Assembly (NCBI RefSeq): GCF_001194135.2
Contig: NC_068984.1
Coordinates: forward strand, 65,740,119 to 65,803,926
Length of the DNA stretch: 63,808 bases
Source: Octopus bimaculoides
Lineage: Eukaryota
Direction of reading: 5' to 3'
Made by a program: the position numbers and the translations under genes. The notes beneath the pieces were generated by a model. It was not told the origin of the DNA and ran no database searches. It saw only the letters and a list, made by a program, of their open reading frames with translations. This document shows, piece by piece, positions 1 through 13,320 of the stretch. Positions within the stretch are counted from its first letter, which is position 1, and each line of letters begins with the position of its first letter.

Positions 1-2215
1 CATTCTTCCTTAGATATTTTTTAGTCTTACTTGCGTTATCCTGGCCTTTTCAAATGCTTATACTCCACTCCACACCTTTGTTCGACAGCCAAATCGATCA
101 GAAACAAAGGTCTCAATATCGTCTGGAATCATTACAAGTGATTTCATAGTAACCCTTATGCCGTCCTTAAATCTTTTTTTTTTTTTTAGGTTTACGCCAA
201 TAACGTTTCCCCTCTGCAAGCTCACCATAAAACAACTGTTTCGGCATGCGTTCATCTGCCCTTCAAACAATATGGCCACACCATTTCAATGGATTGCTCA
301 AAATCATAGTTTTAATTGAGGTGATGCCTGGAGAAGCAAGGACATCTGTGTTTGGAGTAAAACAACTTCCATTAATTTTTAAAATGCGATGAAGGCAATT
401 TTCGTGGAATTGTTCTAACCGTTTAAAATGTCTTTCATAACACATCCAAGTTTTACAGGAATACAACAGAGATAGTAAGATAATTGATTTGTAAAGAGCC
501 AGCTTTGCATTCTTATTTATATATCACTGGCACCAAACGCGTGACTCCAAGTCAGCAAATGCTTTTGCTGCCTTTTGAATTCGCAGCTGTATTTCTGTAT
601 CAAGATTTCCGTCAATTTGAACGGAGCTTCCAGGGTAGACGAACGAATCGACAACGACAACGTGAAGTAACTTTCCTTTAACATAATTTTAGTGGGGTTT
701 CTAACAGCACCACACGCAGGTTGATGCATTACATCTGTTTTTACAAGTTGGTGGTCAAGCCAAAATCATCACAAACTGAGTAAAATGCAGATACAAGAGA
801 TTGGGGATCTGTTTGAGAATGACTGAAAAGATCGCAATCGTCAGCATAAAAAAGTTCCCTGATGAGTGAAGTAAAACAACCTTCGTTTTGAATTTCAGTT
901 TGGTCAGATTAAAAACATTCCCTGTTGTTCAATGTTTTGTAAATACTCAACTCAGACTTTTGAAAACTATGTGACAACACGACAGCAAAGTATATTGCAG
1001 AGAAGGTGGTGCATGAAAGTCTCCTTGCTTTACTCCATTTTCCACAGCAAAAGATTCAGAGAGCCTACCACCAGAATTAACTCTAGCTTTCATATCTTGA
1101 TGCAATGCTCTGACCATATTTACAAATTTTTCTGGACAACCTATTTTCCTTAGAACTATCCACAGAACATTTCAATTATCAGTATCGAATATTTTGCTGA
1201 AATCAACAAGCAATGGTATAGAACAAGATTCTGTTCATGCACTTTTCTTGTATTTGTTTGACAGTAAAGTAACAGTTCACTGTGCTCTTGGAAGAACGAA
1301 AACCACACTGAGACTCAGACACTATATTTGGAACTATAAAGGTATTAAAACGTTCTAACAAGATGCGGACAAGTACCTTCCCAACTACAGGCAAAAGCGA
1401 AATCCGACGAAAATTAACACACAGATCCTTTGGACCCGATTTATACAAGGAGACTAAAATGACATCTATCCAGTCTTGAGGTACTTTCTCAGTTCTCAAA
1501 CAATAACAAATTAACATATTTAAGAGATCAAACATTTTGTCACCTACATATTTCAAGACTTCTTCACAGATTACATCAGACCTTGGAGAATTATAGTTAT
1601 TCAGCTTATTCACAGCTAAATAAATGTTATTTAGCGTTGGTTCAGATGCTATCTCTTCTATAACTGGAAGGCATTCAATTTTTTTTCTATCGACCTCATG
1701 TCAACGGATGATGATCTATTCAAAAGTACAGAAACATGTTCCTCCCAACTCTTAGGAATACAAGCGGTGTTAGAAGAAATGTCCATTTCCTGTTCTCACT
1801 GGAGCTATTGAAGAAGATTTTGGCACATATACCTCCTTAACATGAGAGTACGAAACATTTGCATCATTTCTATCAGCTGCTTCTTATGTCCATTTTGCTC
1901 TATCATTCCACCATTCCTGTTTAATTTCCCTTAGAGCAGTCTGCACTTTCCTTTTCAACTTTCGGTAAGTTTCGTTTGAGTTCGGGTCCAAGGACTGAGA
2001 AAGATCTGTGTTGCCTAAGTTTTGTTTTCCTAAAAGTAGATCATGAATTTCTGTTGATCTACCTGAGAACCAGTCATTGGACGTACGTGATTTCAATTCC
2101 ACTGACGAACTTGCAAACTGAAATAATTTTGCTTTGAAATCGTCCCATAGATTGTTTGGTTCAAGATTGATACTTTCTATAGCATTGTGGAATCTTTGCA
2201 AGGTGCTTGATAGTT
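1..2215 (-). mobile_element. Degenerate, 5'-truncated RTE-clade (BovB-like) LINE; the 3' end runs off the window
   Basis: Collinear minus-strand pieces: DWFSGRSTEIHDLL (1884-2201); ISLLPVVGKVLVRILLER..ESQCGFR (1203-1613); RT motif ELFYADDC (YADD at 837-848); YSCKTW..LEQFHENCLHRIL..LKWCGHIV (263-466); KKRFKDGI (58-279). Many stops and frameshifts. Confidence 0.9.
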
Positions 2216-2819
2216 TAAAGTTTGCAACATTTAACTTTTATGGGTATCTTAAGGCCAAATTGTCAATTTTTAGGTATTATCGATAAATCTATATTTCCAC
2301 GCAATAGATGAGGGTCAGTCCAGCTCTCTGTCCCTTATGCTTCGAATTACTGCATACCATTTTCTTTTTTAAATTGTCCTAGAATTAAAACTATTAACTA
2401 ATTATATGGATGCAGTTATCATGAAGGTTAATTGGTGAAGAGTTTAAGTTACGATGTGTATACATTTTAGAACAAATATTCGACATAAAGATAAGTTTGA
2501 TTAAATTTCTTTCTTTGAGCTCATATTATTGATGTGATATCCTAATGTCATTGAATGAAATTACTTTCGCAAGGCCGTATTTAGTAGTTGCCTAGTAATT
2601 GTGATGTTCTCTTTTCTTGTCGGTACCACTTGCATTGCGCAATTTATGTTTTAAAACAAGTTTGTACTTCAGTTTCAGTGAGATCACGATGCTCTGGTCG
2701 AGTACTGATTTTTCAGTTTGTATTATGCCAATTTGTCTTAATAATTCATTCGTAAAGATGCTTTAAATGCACGCAAAGGGAACGCATCAGTGGATATAGA
2801 AATCCTAGACATGGTATGC

Positions 2820-2990
2820 AAATATTAGTTTCAGTTGCTGTTATAAGTCCAGCAATTTCGAGGGAGGAAGGAAGTCAGTTACATCGACCTCAGGGCTCGA
2901 CTGGTACTTATCTTATCGACCCGGAAATGGCGAAGGACAAAGTCAATCTCTGCTACTGTATTCAGAACGTAAGGACAGACCAAACGCCTC
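2820..2990 (-). mobile_element. SINE family C copy (degenerate)
   Basis: tacatcgacctcaggg..ctggtacttatcttatcgacccggaaatggcgaaggacaaagtcaatctc aligns by eye with the copies at 26955-27160 and 52770-52972. Confidence 0.6.
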
Positions 2991-5964
2991 CAATCATTTT
3001 GCCAGGAGTGCTAACTATTTTGCTCGCTAGTCGTCATAGGATGTATGAATATGTATGTATATATGTATGTATGTGTGTATGATAGAGAAAATATAATGAA
3101 ATGCAAAGCTACTAATCCGGTATTGATATTCTACAGAATATATCTTTAAATTCCGAAATTATTTCTTTTCTTTAGTAATTAGACTGCTAATACAATAAGA
3201 GAAACGAAAAGCACATTTTCACGAGCAGCTGATACCGCGGGCCGAAACGTCTGATCCTCTGTTACTCAGCATGGAGCATTAGTCGTACATACGATCTTTA
3301 GGACAAACAAATGCCCGTGTTTTTCAGATGTATGCTGAAACACATTGTTGCCGAAGAATTATGAAAAATACATCAGCGCATTTAAATACTACATGGCCCT
3401 AAGAAGGTGAGACTGCATTAGGGACATCCTACGCTGTATCTTCAGAAGTGTTGCTATATATGAGATATAATCGCATATATTGGCCATAATGTGCATTATT
3501 CTTCTTTAACATAAACACTTTCACAGTAACTGGTAGTCTATGCAAATGTAAATGTCCTTGATATAATTACCTAAAAGCACTCAAGGCACAGTCCCAACAT
3601 GGCACAAAAGAAGCAATCCTAAAATGAAAAAGCATATCTATGAATGATAGTAAGTCAAGGACTACGAGGGCTTTGAATATAGTACGTTTTAAACAATCTT
3701 AGAAAATATAATATAAATATGCAGCAAATAAAGTACGTAATACAATTCTAAAAAATATCCTAGTTATGAGAGCGATATTAACAATATTTAACACACGTTC
3801 AACATATTTTCTGAATTTTACTGTAATTGTTAATTTACTCTCTAAGGATTTGTAATTATAAATGATAACTGGTTGGCGTAAATAGTTTAATTACGTTTGT
3901 TTGTTTTATTTTTATTGTAGTTTTTAACCGCGTTACTTAGCGCCAGGTCACTCCTGCATTGGCAGATATGTGATGATAGGTGTTCCAGCAAAGCACACCC
4001 ATAATTTCATTGGGTACGTCGTATCTATGAAAATAAATTTTCAGTCCAAATTTTTCGGTATTTGTAAGCATGTGATTGTGATTCCACTCAGACTGTAACA
4101 TTGAATTTGGCTTCTCACCAGTTTCCGAATGCCATAAAGCAGATATGGGTAGTTTCTATTACTTCTATGACTAGGCTATTTACATAATTGGAAGCAGATT
4201 TGGCTGATAATTCTAGCAAGTGTGCAGCCATCTAGTTATTCTTTTTGTTGGCCCACAGTTCAAACAGTGGTTATTTAGATTTGTATCAATGCAGACTCTT
4301 ATAATTCTGTTTACTTATCATCAATTACAGCTCGCATAAAATGAAAATTTGTGCCATAATATATAAGGGTTTCCAAGAGTTAAAGGGATAAATTGTATTA
4401 GTAAGATTAGAAAGAGCAAGCTCCACCATATTTTCTATTGTGAACACAGCGTAAATGTGCTACCGAATATGTTGTCACATCACTCATGCTTGAATTTGTA
4501 TTACACATCTGAAGTTCAAATATACATGGAAATTATATCGGAAATCTATGTATTGAGCATGTATTAATATAGGATTTACAGAAATCTTGCTTTGTTCCTA
4601 TATATACATACATACATCATATATACGTACATAATGTACATGTAAGTGTCCGTATATCTGTATACGTATTTCTCTGTGTGTATTAATGTAGCGCGTGTGT
4701 GCGTGACTTACATTCACATTACTTCAAAGAAAACTCGATGCAATGCACACAATAGTGAAAGAGTAAGCTAAAAGCTCCCCAACAATAAAAGATAAAGGAA
4801 TGGTGACAGGGGATATAAGGTTTATTTGAAACATATTATGTGAACCTGTTTGTCAGGAGGCACATAAGCATGTTTTGTATTTCATGATTGAAATTATAAC
4901 ATTAACAACTGTTAAATAAAAAATAACTTCTTCTATTGAATTCTTTGGTCTATCTACTACATAATTCATTTCATTATTATGTTATATGCTAAAGGTCTGA
5001 ACGAAATAACAAGCTGTCCGATTTGAATAAAATCAGTTTTGTGGAATATTTCCCTTTTCCGAACCAGTTTATAAATTTTAGCATAATTTTGAATGCACTA
5101 TCCTCCATCATTTTCGTAACATATTACATAACGGTATTTAACATAACATTTCAAAACATTTCGATGAATAAAAACTAGTTTCATGGTTCCTTGCCATTTT
5201 TTTTTTTACGGCTGATAGAAAATAGTAATATCTATTGTATTTATTTTATATAAAGAAAACGAATATTGAAATGACACAAAGTGAATTGTGAATATATGTT
5301 TGAATCCTTTTATGACAGAAATATTTCGTCATGACTTTTTCTTTGACACATATTACTAAAGTAATTACGTTATGAATGAAATCAAGGATATTCTCCTCGG
5401 CATTCTTTTCATTTTTACTATATATAAGAAAAATAAAATGCATTCTGCCTCTTGTTACTCAATAATAATAGTAGAATAATCACATGACAGGCCTGAAATG
5501 AGATAATTCATGTAACAAAGTATTTGAGGTGGATATTGAATAAAATTACAAACGGAATATAATAGAGAACATCAATCATATCACAAAATGAAAAAATAAA
5601 GAATGTTATATAAAAAGACAATGAGAATAAGACCGAATATATTGACTTCGTAAATACGTTTAATATTTTTTATTCAATGGAATTCAATATTCCAGATGTA
5701 TCTAATTTATTATATTCATATGATGGGGAGAATAGAATGAAAAAAATAAATACGAATGATTGCATTCATAAGTGTTACCCAGTTATTGTGATTGAATGAA
5801 TGAATTACCTTCAATCAGAAGAATTTTAAAATTGATTCAAATGTTGAAATATGAATCAATAATTTAGCTCAGAATCAAATATATCAAGTAAATCCTATTT
5901 TAAGCTGTACGTATCTGAATTCATTTATAAGACAATTTCGACGTCAATATGTTGTACTCGGTGA

Positions 5965-6140
5965 AGGCAGCGAGTTATCAGAACGACGGGTAAAAGTTTT
6001 GGCGGCATCTCATGATTCAAACTCCTCCGAATCTGACGTTTCCCTTTCGGCATCGAATAAATAAGTACAAGCTGATAACTGGGCTCCATATAACTTATTC
6101 GCTTTCGGAATTTGCTGACCCTGTTCTAAGATTCGGAACC
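5965..6140 (+). mobile_element. SINE family C copy (highly degenerate)
   Basis: aggcagcgagttatcagaacg..tgattcaaactcc..ccctttcggcatcgaataaataagtac matches the family C sense strand. Confidence 0.5.
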
Positions 6141-6419
6141 AATATTCCGTTCTTGACAGAACAAGCATTATAAAACAATTCTTTTAAACAGATTTTATAC
6201 AAAAAAGTTATTGAAATCACAGTTTTCAGGCTAAAATTGACGATGTTTTATGTCTTTTGCTTTCAGCAAAATCTTGACGTATTTGTGAATAATCAATCAT
6301 GCTGGAGTGCATAAACAGCAAAGTTGAAATTGAAAAGTTAGCTGACACTCAGGATGGGAAGCAATTTTTAATATAAGGAAAACTTTACTTGTCATGATGA
6401 TCTGTGTCGGTTATCAACA

Positions 6420-6880
6420 TGCCGGCCATATGGCTGCTGATAAATGCACTGTGAGCGCTGTAATAGCAAAATATTCTAATTAATGTGCTGTCCCATATAT
6501 CCTAATAACCATGTTCCTCAAACTGTGATGATCCTTGGATGTGTCTCCAGTGAAGGTGGAGTCAGGCTTCCCCCACATCTTTGAAAAATGCTTTAGATTT
6601 ATTTCAGGTGGATATGTGAAGTGGTTTGAGTTTGTGGTCAATCCTTGGCTGGGGAGGTTTAAGTTTGCAGTCAATCCTCGGCTCAACGGTCAACTGCATG
6701 GGATCAGGATGCAGATTCTTGCTAAGCTCCCAGAAAGAGACATTAACGGTTGTCAGTGAGTTTCTACGACTTCACCAGCATCAGGTTGTGTCTTCTTGGC
6801 TTCCTTAATTGTAATCACATGGATTACTATGAGGAAAGTTGTTGAGTAAGGCCCGAGTGTTCTGCCTGCAAAAGCGACGC
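6420..6880 (-). mobile_element. Possible L2/CR1-like LINE RT C-terminal fragment
   Basis: Frameshift-tolerant reading gives LQL..KTQLMLVKS*KL and a match to ARNLGILID..LT, typical of L2 RT thumb regions. Locally GC-richer. Weak. Confidence 0.35.
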
Positions 6881-8002
6881 CGCGTTCGTGGCAAAGTTCG
6901 AGTAATTGTTCGAAAATCCTTTCAGAGATACAACGAATGACACATGCACCACGTCAGTTAACTATCTTGAGGCTGAGGTGGTAACTTAGGGCAGCGTCTT
7001 TGAATAAACCAAGCCATATTGTCTTTTCTTTTCCTTATATGCAAACTCAAATTTAGCCCGAACAATCCGCATAGAGTAAATATTTCGAAAACTGTATAAT
7101 TTCTAGAGTCAATGAGATGTAGCTTAGAGAAACAAAAGGATTAGAAATTACTAATTTATTTTCAATTCTGTAAACCTACAGATTGCTGAATTATTTTTAT
7201 GTTATAGATGATGAAAACAAGAAGTATTATCGTGAACAGTTAATAATCTAAAGGACTATGTACTTATTTCACAGAAAGAGTTTTGTAAATAGGGATATGT
7301 ATGGAGCGAGTAGTTAGCATAAAAGGGGACAAAATTTGATTTAACTACTGATTTCCTGAGGTTTACCGCGTGCGAAATTAAGGTGGGTATAATTCTACGT
7401 GATGTAGACAACACGACGCTTAACCTGTTTATACGATTCACAAACTCGGGTGCAATCATGAAGATATACATCTCTATTGTTAAATTTTAAATGCGTACAA
7501 TTTCATTGACATTACTTTTGAGATTATTAAATATTTCTGCAATATTTATTATTGTCTGATGACGATTAGGTTTAACCTTGCTAAAATAGAACTTGGCATT
7601 TGTCCTCACAATGTGTCCATTGGGGTATATATGATCTTTTCATATTGATGTTACTGATCATTCTGCTTACGTATATTACATGTACACTCTGAAATTACTA
7701 TGATTATTATAATGTACATATAGAGACGGGCACGAAACCCTTCCTGATAAGATTAGAAACAAATTATCTAGAAATGATATATAGGAAATTTACTTTCCTG
7801 AAAAATGTCACAAAACCATCTCTTGCAAATGTAGAGAAAGCATTCAAATATTTGTTGATGAAGATAACAAAACAAGGCGAATTAGAAGTGAAGGTTAATG
7901 GGAAACATTTTTGAAGGAAAATAGAATAATTAAAAGAATATATGTTATACCCTCTTTCATGTCGTACAGAAAACTAAACAAATAGAACGCAGTTGGTTTT
8001 AA

Positions 8003-8135
8003 GAGGTGGTATCAAAAGCATCCCGGACAGGATCTGTTAATAATAAAAAAAAACCAACTTATTTTACTAAAGTTTTAAAATCATCTCCTTCGAAATAGAC
8101 ACCTTGTGCACCAATTCACCGGTCCCAGCGTTTCG
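8003..8135 (-). mobile_element. mariner-type transposon right end (TIR plus transposase C-terminus)
   Basis: gaggtggtatcaaaagcatcccggac resembles a mariner TIR. The minus strand aacgctgggaccggtgaattggtgcacaaggtggtctatttcgaaggagat corresponds to RWDRCI..QGDYFEGD. Confidence 0.55.
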
Positions 8136-8844
8136 GTTGGAGGAGTCCTCTTACACTTATATCTGCTTTTCTCAGTAGATACAAGTGTTGGGTACCTGTT
8201 TTAGAATGGAATCTAAATATGCGGTGAGGCGTTTTCATTTTTGTTTTCGCTCCGATGATTAAATAGATTCCAGTTGATAAAATTGAAACTATATTGCGCT
8301 ACAAACTTGATGGGCAATGTTTCACTAAGATTTCTACTCTTGAAGCCTACTTTTACTCACATATCAAGTCGAAATCCCTTTCATAAATAGTTGGTAAACT
8401 GCTTTACCATTCTCAAATATCCTTTTAACACCAACTCATTTTAAACATGAAATTGATCCTATTTTGCACGTTTTCAATTTTGTCACTACATTAATGATGT
8501 TGATAAAATATCGGACACATATCATTACCGATAATTGAAGAAAAGTTAAAAAGAAAACGATTATGCCATATTTAGATTTAAATATATATATAGTTACCAA
8601 CGAAAATAAATCAGTATCCCGACAAGAAACACTTATGAAGCAATGAAGGCAAATTTTGATAATATATGGGGAATGAGAATGAATATCAGTGAAGTCAAAA
8701 ACGTTAATGCCACAAATATCTTTTCGGCACTTATTTAGAGCAAACTAATTCAATATAACTTTGCTAGAAGGCTGGTTACAGAAATTTAAAATTGCACTGC
8801 AAAGCCATTGGGCTCCAAAGATGCGCAGTTCTTCTGGCTTCCAC

Positions 8845-9005
8845 GAGATGGTAGAAACGCTAGCTCGATGGGCATTTTTTCTAGTTTTATGTTTTGAGTT
8901 CCAATGTTTCCGAAAACGATTTGCCTTTCATAACTTCGGAAATTATAAAAAACGTACCAGTCATTTACTGTGGTTAATGTAATTGACTATCATCCACCCC
9001 ATTAG
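8845..9005 (+). mobile_element. SINE family C copy (degenerate)
   Basis: tttgagttccaat..gatttgcctttcataacttcgg..gtaccagtcatttactgtggttaatgtaattgact. Confidence 0.45.
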
Positions 9006-10287
9006 CAAAACAAATTTCCAGTATATTTCATGAAATGACACAATTTATCCTTTACTACGGTAACACGTAATGAAACATGAAATTACGACACTTAGTTGTA
9101 GCAAAATATATGATGAACAGAGCACATAATCGTAAAACATTTACCAACACTGATACTACTCTTGTTCCGCAATCTACGCAGCCATAATCACTGGTCTCTG
9201 TTCAAAGCCATTGCGCGTCCCCGCAGAAAGACATAAACAATGTAGAGCCATACAAGCGCACACACAAATACATAACGGCATACATAGCAGAATATAATGT
9301 GTGTGCGTGTGTTTATGTGAGTATGTATGTGTGTGTATTTGTGTGTGTGAGTGTTTGTGTGTGTGGACGGTGTCACCATATGCATTAATGTATACCCATC
9401 TGAAATACCTGAAATCAGCATTGAACTGATTTATGCCAAATGTTTATATTTATATTATATAAATTTAGCAAGATATAATTAGCAGATGGAAATATTTGTT
9501 GGAGTCTACATATTCAACTGAAATTTTGCTCACGTAAATTCAGGCTTGCTTAGCCACAAACCAATGATGGAGACTGGAAAATCAATAAATAACATAATAT
9601 ATTTTTGTAACATCATTCCACTTTTCATGTTTTACATGAATTAATAGTGTCAGTGCTACAATTTATACATTTTTGTTTGTAAATCAGTATTCATACGAAT
9701 GTTTTACCTTTCTCCTAGGCAGTATTTTCCTTTTGTACCAATTATATGTTAAATATATTTAGCCACATATCTGTTCGATTGGAAAGAAAAGTTAGTGATA
9801 ATTAGGGAAAATCTCCTTTTTGTAGTATATCTTATCGTAAATATCAGCAAACAAAAGAATGTTTTATGGAAGCATTCAGCCACAAAATTAAATTTTATTT
9901 TAAGTACACTTAGTGGTATTTGTTCTTACTAAAAATATTGTTTATGCTGTATTTTTCAATTTACGTATTTTGTATGTTTTATATTTCTTTTGAAATATAT
10001 TTCTGCATAATACAACACAAAATTAATGAATGTAAAGAAGATATTTCAGAAGTGAAAGTGAAAATATTGTTTTCTTTTTATTGTAAATATTTATCAACTT
10101 CATCTAAATATAATTAAATTATGAAAGGCCGAAAATCATGGAATCTATAATCAACCTATTTAAGCCTACATTTTCTATGTGCGTATGGGTGTGGGGTTAG
10201 CGTGTAATTGGCTGTATACATACATATATATGCATGTGTGTGTATGTGGGCGTGTGTATGTGTGTCCGCGCGTGTTTATGTGCTTGT

Positions 10288-10555
10288 AGGGATGGCATAG
10301 TGGTAAGAGTGTTTTCCTAAAATAATCATTGTTTCGATTTCCGGTGAGAGTGAAGCGTTTCCTTCATCAGCAAATCATACATTTCACATCGTTCTCGTTC
10401 ACTCACCCTTGAAGTTGAATGAATAACACTGAGACGGACCTGCTTTCCCATTAGTGGACCTGTTATGCTCCTGGGTGCTTGTACGAAAAGAAAGCGAGTA
10501 ACAGGCTCTAGAAGTTCAAGGAGAGAAATATCCTTGGGCTGCCTTTACCTGTATA
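10288..10555 (+). mobile_element. tRNA-headed SINE family B copy (degenerate)
   Basis: A box tggcatagtgg, B-box-like gtttcgatttcc, and a central catttcacatcgttctcgttcactca matching 32155-32445. Confidence 0.5.
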
Positions 10556-10739
10556 TGTATCCATGGAAAACATGATTTTAAATATACTTACAATTTGATA
10601 CATCTATACAATATGATACATCCTGAATGTGGATATGAGAGGCAAACATACGCATTCAATCAATACATATGCAACGATATTTAAATCATTTAAATTCGTA
10701 CATACGGGAATGATTCGTCGCATCAGAGGCGCTAATATT

Positions 10740-11010
10740 AAAACTCACAAGTGTATATGGACAATTTCAAATTAAGTTCAAATTAAAATCTAAATGTAGA
10801 AATTAACGTATACATCCTACGGCCGTTTCAGGAGCATAGTAATAAGTGTAGATATCGATATAAAATCCATTCTATTATCTCTATTTTCTTTGCCAAGTCT
10901 CTTGTATCTGTTACATTTAGCATGTTTGTTCATAGACGTCGAATTTCAGTTACACTATACTCATTTGTAAGTGAAATAAAATTATTGGATGAACTAGACA
11001 AAAGATAATT
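10740..11010 (+). mobile_element. PLE RT N-terminal fragment, inverted relative to the neighbouring copy
   Basis: aagttcaaattaaaatctaaatgtagaaattaacgtatac..tacggccgtttc (10781-10830) matches the reverse complement of about 12970-13025. It encodes KLTYTSYGRF vs KLAYTAYGRF, followed by FIDVEF..SEIKLLDEL. Confidence 0.5.
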
Positions 11011-11149
11011 TGAATAGAAATTAAAATATATGGTTAAGATGAAATTAAAAGGATAATTTTCCTGATAATTATTCTAATGGTGAGATTATATTTCTCCTCC
11101 TATTTTCTTTTTTATTTATTATTTATTCCGGATTTATTGTTACTTAACG

Positions 11150-13090
11150 AAAGGATTAAAATGTGGATAGGTATTTATGTCTACATAAGATGATAGGTAT
11201 TCCACAATTATTTTATTGATGGGAGCTTTTTTATGGAATTTTTCTTTTATTTAGGGAAAGTGGTATTTATGTCTTCATGAGAATGTTTTGGCATTACATT
11301 TTTTGTTTAGACGTAATATATTGATCGATTAATTTGTACAGGTTCCTGTATATGAATTACAAGGAAGGGTTTCGGTAATTACTGACCATATCAATATTTT
11401 GCAATTTTAGAAGGTCAACATATGTTCCTTACGATGTAGTTTTAGGATAAATAAATGAATTCATTTGCGCTCGGAATCTAGTTTTAATATCGGTTGTGCT
11501 CCCCATATTTTATTTTTTATTGGTTAGGTTTAGATGTTAGTAATTGGCATTTATAAGTTACGTCTTATTTTCTTAAACTGAAGCTCTCTAAGGGCAGTGT
11601 TCAGGATTGCGACAGTTGCATGCTTGTTCCCCCTATTTGGGTTTTAGAACGTTGTTCCAAATAATTTCTATTGATTTCATTCGATTCCAAATGCTGAGAA
11701 GTTATGTTTAACCCATTATTGATATTCATTTGATTTGTCCGAATAGTATTCATAACCCCTTGTTGTGATGTATCGATTATATTTTTTCCTGTATGTACAT
11801 TAAATATAGTATTATTGTTAGGCTCCAGATCAGACATTTCCCATACACAAACTCTATCTAAACTTATATCTATTATTACCTGCTGTAATTGACCCTAGAT
11901 TTGCTGCGATGGAGTACGATATATATTTATACAAGATGTATTTTATATAGAATAATCACTATTGCTTGGCGGAGAAAGTTTGCTAATATTTAAAAAGAAA
12001 GAAGCCAGGGAGGTTTCTAATTTGAAGAGAGAAAGTTGGGGTAAACAATAAGATTTCCTGTTTTCTAAAAACGTTTTTATTATCCGTTGATTTATATTGA
12101 ATTTCTCGGTGGATTTATGACAGTAGTTATCATGCTTTCGTGGTACTGAGTTTGGGATTAATCTTACCAGTTTATTTTTATGCATTGTTTTACGTATATA
12201 ATAAATTGTATTATTAAATCCACTAACCTTAAGCACTTATTTGTATATTGGTGCATAGTTTTCAAATATTGTTTCATTTGCGGCCGATTAAAAATTCTTA
12301 TCGAAATCCCATTTATTATACTATCTAAGAACCTTTTTAGGGTGATTTGACATAGTGCTTGTATAATATGTTGTTTGGTTTGGCTTGTGATATGGAGCAT
12401 ATAGTTCACTATTCAAATTGGGGTTAGATCTAAAGAGTTTGCTACTTTCGTACTTATTTCAAAGGATATATCCAAATCGTAATTTCCAAAGAATTTATGT
12501 AATGCTCTTTCTGAGGAAATATCAGTGATAGCAAATAATGCGTCATATCTGTATAATCCTCCCTGCATACTAGGAAATATTGTATTATTTTGTGTGAGAA
12601 AAACTAAACCTACCAAATCCGTTATTTGGGCAGAATCGGATGAGACCATTTTTATGTCAAACTCATTAGAAAAGGGTTTGGGGTTCAGTTCTTCTTATTA
12701 AATTGTATTAGAGCTTTTCTAGTAGTTTTAATTATTTGTTTATCTCGTAGGTAAATCTCTATAAAATCGTCAGTAAACACAGTTGCCTTATTGAAACGAT
12801 TGAGTGACACAGATGGATAATAGTTATTAATGTTGAATTGCAGAAAGTGTGTTCTTCTTATGTTTTAGAGATCAAAATCAAATAATGACATCCCTTGTTC
12901 TGTCTCATGATGGTAGGCTGATATTGCTTTTAATACACTGTAATGTTCTATCTATAATAGATTTAATAATGAAACGGCCGTACGCAGTATACGCTAATTT
13001 TCCTATTTGGATTTAATTTGGACTTCTCTATTCGAACTTACCATAGACTCTAGAGAGTTTTGATATTAACGCCTATGATGCCCATTTATA
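11150..13090 (-). mobile_element. Penelope-like element (RT plus C-terminal GIY-YIG), degenerate copy 1
   Basis: Ordered motifs: RT N-part (YYPSVS); FDIKMVSSDSAQITDLVGL..GGLYRYD (YRDD motif mutated); thumb LKVSGFN; linker; RNPEHCPL; GIY-YIG (..GSTTDIKTRFRAQMNSF); terminal RHKYHF. Multiple stops and frameshifts. Confidence 0.85.
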
Positions 13091-13320
13091 AGATTTAGAA
13101 ACAGCTGAATATGTATATGTATATGCATTTCAATGCGTATACTTCCCTCTAATATTGAAATATCTATTTTACCTATATATTTTAGGAAGCATTTAATGGA
13201 CTGAAGTTTCACTTTTCATATATGAACTGATGGCCCAGAAATTTGCCACATATTGTTGTTTTTTCTTGTTTTGTATTTCTCCGTTTTCGTGGGGATTAAT
13301 TGTGTGTGTATATATATATA

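Noticed and set aside
7000-7700. Faint PLE-RT-like words on the minus strand (YSLHTYP, AKFEFAY)
   Set aside because: Too degenerate to separate from chance without a profile search.
10340-10365. Minus-strand ctgatgaaggaaac, a hammerhead-like core
   Set aside because: There is no room for stem II, and the sequence is the decayed central domain of SINE family B.
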